Made by a program: the position numbers and the translations under genes. Positions 61,705-64,000 of a stretch of 64,000 nucleotides of DNA are shown one piece after another (position 1 is the stretch's first letter; each line of letters starts with the position of its first letter). Where the stretch lies: NCBI GenBank assembly GCA_964291285.2, contig OZ219787.1:1984001-2048000 (forward strand), read 5' to 3'. The stretch is from Alphaproteobacteria bacterium (lineage in GTDB: Bacteria > Pseudomonadota > Alphaproteobacteria > Bin95). The notes beneath the pieces were generated by a model that did no database searches, was not told the DNA's origin, and saw only the letters and a program-made list of their open reading frames with translations.

Positions 61705-62757
61705 CTATCGGAAGTGCGGCGCGATTTCTTCCGTGAAGCGCGTCATCTGGTCCTTGACCTCTTCATGCGGCTTCAGGCCGTAGTTGAAGTAGAGCACGAC
61801 CTCGTCGATGCCGGCCGCCTCCACCGGCTTGAGGTCTTCGACGATCTGCGCCGGTGGGCCGATGAGCACCGAGCGGTTGGTGAGCTTGTCGGGCGACATC
61901 TCGCGCAGCAGGCGGCAGATCTCGACGAAATAGCGGTAGCTCGGCGGCGCGGTCGCCGGGTCGCCGGGGAAGGCGGCCACCAGCGCGTCCTGGAAATAGC
62001 GCACCAGCGCCTCGCGGCCGCGCAGGTCCTCCGCCGGCGTGTCGGCGATATGGATGAAATAGGAGCAGACGGCCCGTCTCGGCGGCCGGGCATGTTCGTC
62101 CTCGCAGGTCCGGCGGTAGATTTCGACCGCTTCGGCGAGCGAGCCGTAAACCATGGCGGCGGCGAAGGGGGCATAGACGACATGCCAGTCGCGCCTGGCC
62201 GCCAGTTCCATGCTGGGGCGGGAGAAACAGGCGACATGCGGCCTCAGCGGCCGTTGCATCGGTTTCGGGCGCACATCGACATTCTCGAAGCGCCAGAACC
62301 GCCCGTCATGGGAGAACGGGCCGGTCTCGGTCCAGGCGCGCCAGACGATGTCCAGCCCTTCGGCGAACGCCTCGGCCGAGTCCTCGAACGGCGCGCCGAA
62401 GGGGCCGTATTCCAGCCGGTCGTAGCCGCGCCCGGCGGCGAAATCGACGCGGCCGCCGGAGAGCAGGTCGAGCGTCGCCCAGTCCTCCGCCACCTGCAGC
62501 GGGTGATGGACCGGCAGCAGCACGACCGCCGGCGCCAGCCGGATGCGCGAGGTGGCGCCGGCAAGCTGCGCCAGCAGCATGTGCGGCGAGGCGTTGACGC
62601 CCAGCAGGTTGAAGTGGTGCTCGCCGATCCAGGCGGAATCGAGGCCGACGGCCTCGGCGTGGAGCGCCTGCTCGTAGATCTCGCGGACCAGCGTCTCGGC
62701 CGAGCGCGTATTGCCGGGATAGCGGTTGTCGGAAAGGGTGAAGTAGCCGAACTTCAC
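61705..62757 (-). CDS. LLM class flavin-dependent oxidoreductase
   Basis: WIGEHHF, HPLQVAEDWATLDLLSGGRV, GRGY. Confidence 0.9.
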   Translation of the reverse strand: MKFGYFTLSDNRYPGNTRSAETLVREIYEQALHAEAVGLDSAWIGEHHFNLLGVNASPHMLLAQLAGATSRIRLAPAVVLLPVHHPLQVAEDWATLDLLSGGRVDFAAGRGYDRLEYGPFGAPFEDSAEAFAEGLDIVWRAWTETGPFSHDGRFWRFENVDVRPKPMQRPLRPHVACFSRPSMELAARRDWHVVYAPFAAAMVYGSLAEAVEIYRRTCEDEHARPPRRAVCSYFIHIADTPAEDLRGREALVRYFQDALVAAFPGDPATAPPSYRYFVEICRLLREMSPDKLTNRSVLIGPPAQIVEDLKPVEAAGIDEVVLYFNYGLKPHEEVKDQMTRFTEEIAPHFR

Positions 62758-62764
62758 GGGGACG

Positions 62765-63664
62765 CTACGGCGCGCCGGTGCGGGCCCGGATGAAGGCTGC
62801 CGCTTCGTCTATGCCCTCCCTGGCGCGGTCGAGCAGGCGGTCGAACCAGTGCCAGACATGGATCATCTCGTCCGCCACGGTGAGTTGCACTTCAACGCCC
62901 GCCCGGCGGGCCGCTTCCGCCAGCGACACAGAATCGTCGAGGAGCACTTCCTCGCTGCCGACCTGCACCAGCAGCGGCGGCAGGCCCTCAAGGTCGGCGT
63001 AGAGCGGCGACGCCCAGGGATGGCGGCGGTCGGTCTCCGCGCCGAGATAGACGCCCGTCCAGCGTTCGATCTGGTCCTTCTTCACCATCGGGTCCGACTC
63101 TGCTTTGGCGGCGTAAGAGCCGGCTTCCAGGGTCATGTCCGTCCAGGGCGAGATGCAGAGCCCGCCGGCCGGCATGGGCAGCCCGTCGTCGCGCGCCTTG
63201 ACGAGCGTTGCGACCGTCAGGCCGCCGCCCGCCGAGTCGCCGCCGATGACGGCGTGAGCCGGGTCGATGCCGTTCTCCAGCAGCCCCTGCCAGGCTGCCG
63301 CGCCGTCCTCGACGGCGGCCGGGAAGGGATGCTCGGGCGCCAGCCGGTAATCGGCCGAGAAGGCATGGACGCCGGCGCCGGCCGCCAGCGCCGCGACCAT
63401 ATGCCGGTGCGAGCGCGTCGAGCCCAGCACATAGCCGCCGCCGTGGAAGTAGAGCAGCGCGCGGCCCGGGTCCACGCCCTCCGGCCGCAGCCACTCGCCC
63501 GGAACGCCGCCGAGCGTTCCCGGCTCGCGCGCCACGGTCTCCGGCAGCGGGAATATTTCGACCGCGCGGTCGTATTCCTCACGGAGGTCTGCGATGGCGG
63601 CGGTTGCGCCGTCCGGCCGTTCGGCAAGCTTTACCCGCAAAGCGGCGATCGAGCGGTCCTTCAT
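62765..63664 (-). CDS. HSL-family esterase (alpha/beta hydrolase 3)
   Basis: HGGGY, DYRLAPEHPFPAA, GDSAGG, EVLLDD, HVW. Confidence 0.92.
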   Translation of the reverse strand: MKDRSIAALRVKLAERPDGATAAIADLREEYDRAVEIFPLPETVAREPGTLGGVPGEWLRPEGVDPGRALLYFHGGGYVLGSTRSHRHMVAALAAGAGVHAFSADYRLAPEHPFPAAVEDGAAAWQGLLENGIDPAHAVIGGDSAGGGLTVATLVKARDDGLPMPAGGLCISPWTDMTLEAGSYAAKAESDPMVKKDQIERWTGVYLGAETDRRHPWASPLYADLEGLPPLLVQVGSEEVLLDDSVSLAEAARRAGVEVQLTVADEMIHVWHWFDRLLDRAREGIDEAAAFIRARTGAP

Positions 63665-63686
63665 GGGGTCGTTCCCCTCCGTTTCG

Positions 63687-63944
63687 TCAGCCGCCTTCCA
63701 GCTTCGGGATGAAGAACACCTCGCCGCCCGGCGGCACGGGCTGGAAATAGGCGGTCTCGTGCATCATGCCGTCGATAGCGACGGTGGTTTCCTCCACCAG
63801 GCGCTCGCCGAGGCCGGGGAAGCGCTCGTTCATCGCGCGGATCACATCGCGCAGGAGTTTCGCCTCGACCTCGAATTCGCGCACGCCTCCGGTGAAGGCG
63901 CGTGCGAACCCTTCGGTGAACCGCACCTGGACGGTCGGACCCAT
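63687..63944 (-). CDS. MoaD/ThiS family sulfur-carrier protein
   Basis: 85 aa beta-grasp-like sequence ending in GG. Confidence 0.85.
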   Translation of the reverse strand: MGPTVQVRFTEGFARAFTGGVREFEVEAKLLRDVIRAMNERFPGLGERLVEETTVAIDGMMHETAYFQPVPPGGEVFFIPKLEGG

Positions 63945-64000
63945 GAAGTCCCCGCCGCGTCCTCAGTCGTCACCGTCCGCCCCGTTCGCATCGATGGCCG

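Noticed and set aside
63963-64000. Possible 3' end of a minus-strand gene at the window edge
   Set aside because: Only about 11 codons visible; cannot be identified

Overview
GC-rich (roughly 70% by eye) alphaproteobacterial chromosome segment, Rhodospirillales-like by inference from gene order and protein sequences. Core loci are DUF4167-clpB, an EF-G paralogue, gpmA-sppA-glyQ-glyS-ppdK, sdhCDAB, phaZ, serS-pcm-nlpD, an OmpR/EnvZ-type pair with ilvE, and pcaF. They are interspersed with many catabolic genes: three luciferase-like monooxygenases, hydrolases, UxaA and PrpD family enzymes, and a TMADH/histamine-dehydrogenase-like flavoenzyme. I found no rRNA, tRNA, CRISPR array or intact transposase. 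The most unusual signal lies in a few AT-rich intergenic islands. Two genes (22593-23291, 55296-55727) consist only of IS630-transposase-type HTH domains with no DDE domain, and one has a mirror A-B-B-A architecture. Each has an alphaproteobacterial LexA-like box (GTTC-N7-GTTC, one perfect) in its promoter. The first is faced by an RpoH-like promoter that would transcribe a non-coding tandem-repeat region antisense to it, and this region shares a motif with the long leader of the second paralogue. Other observations are three toxin-less antitoxin genes, nested REP/MITE-like palindromes and helically phased TGTCATG repeats. All family assignments are from motif recognition, not database searches.
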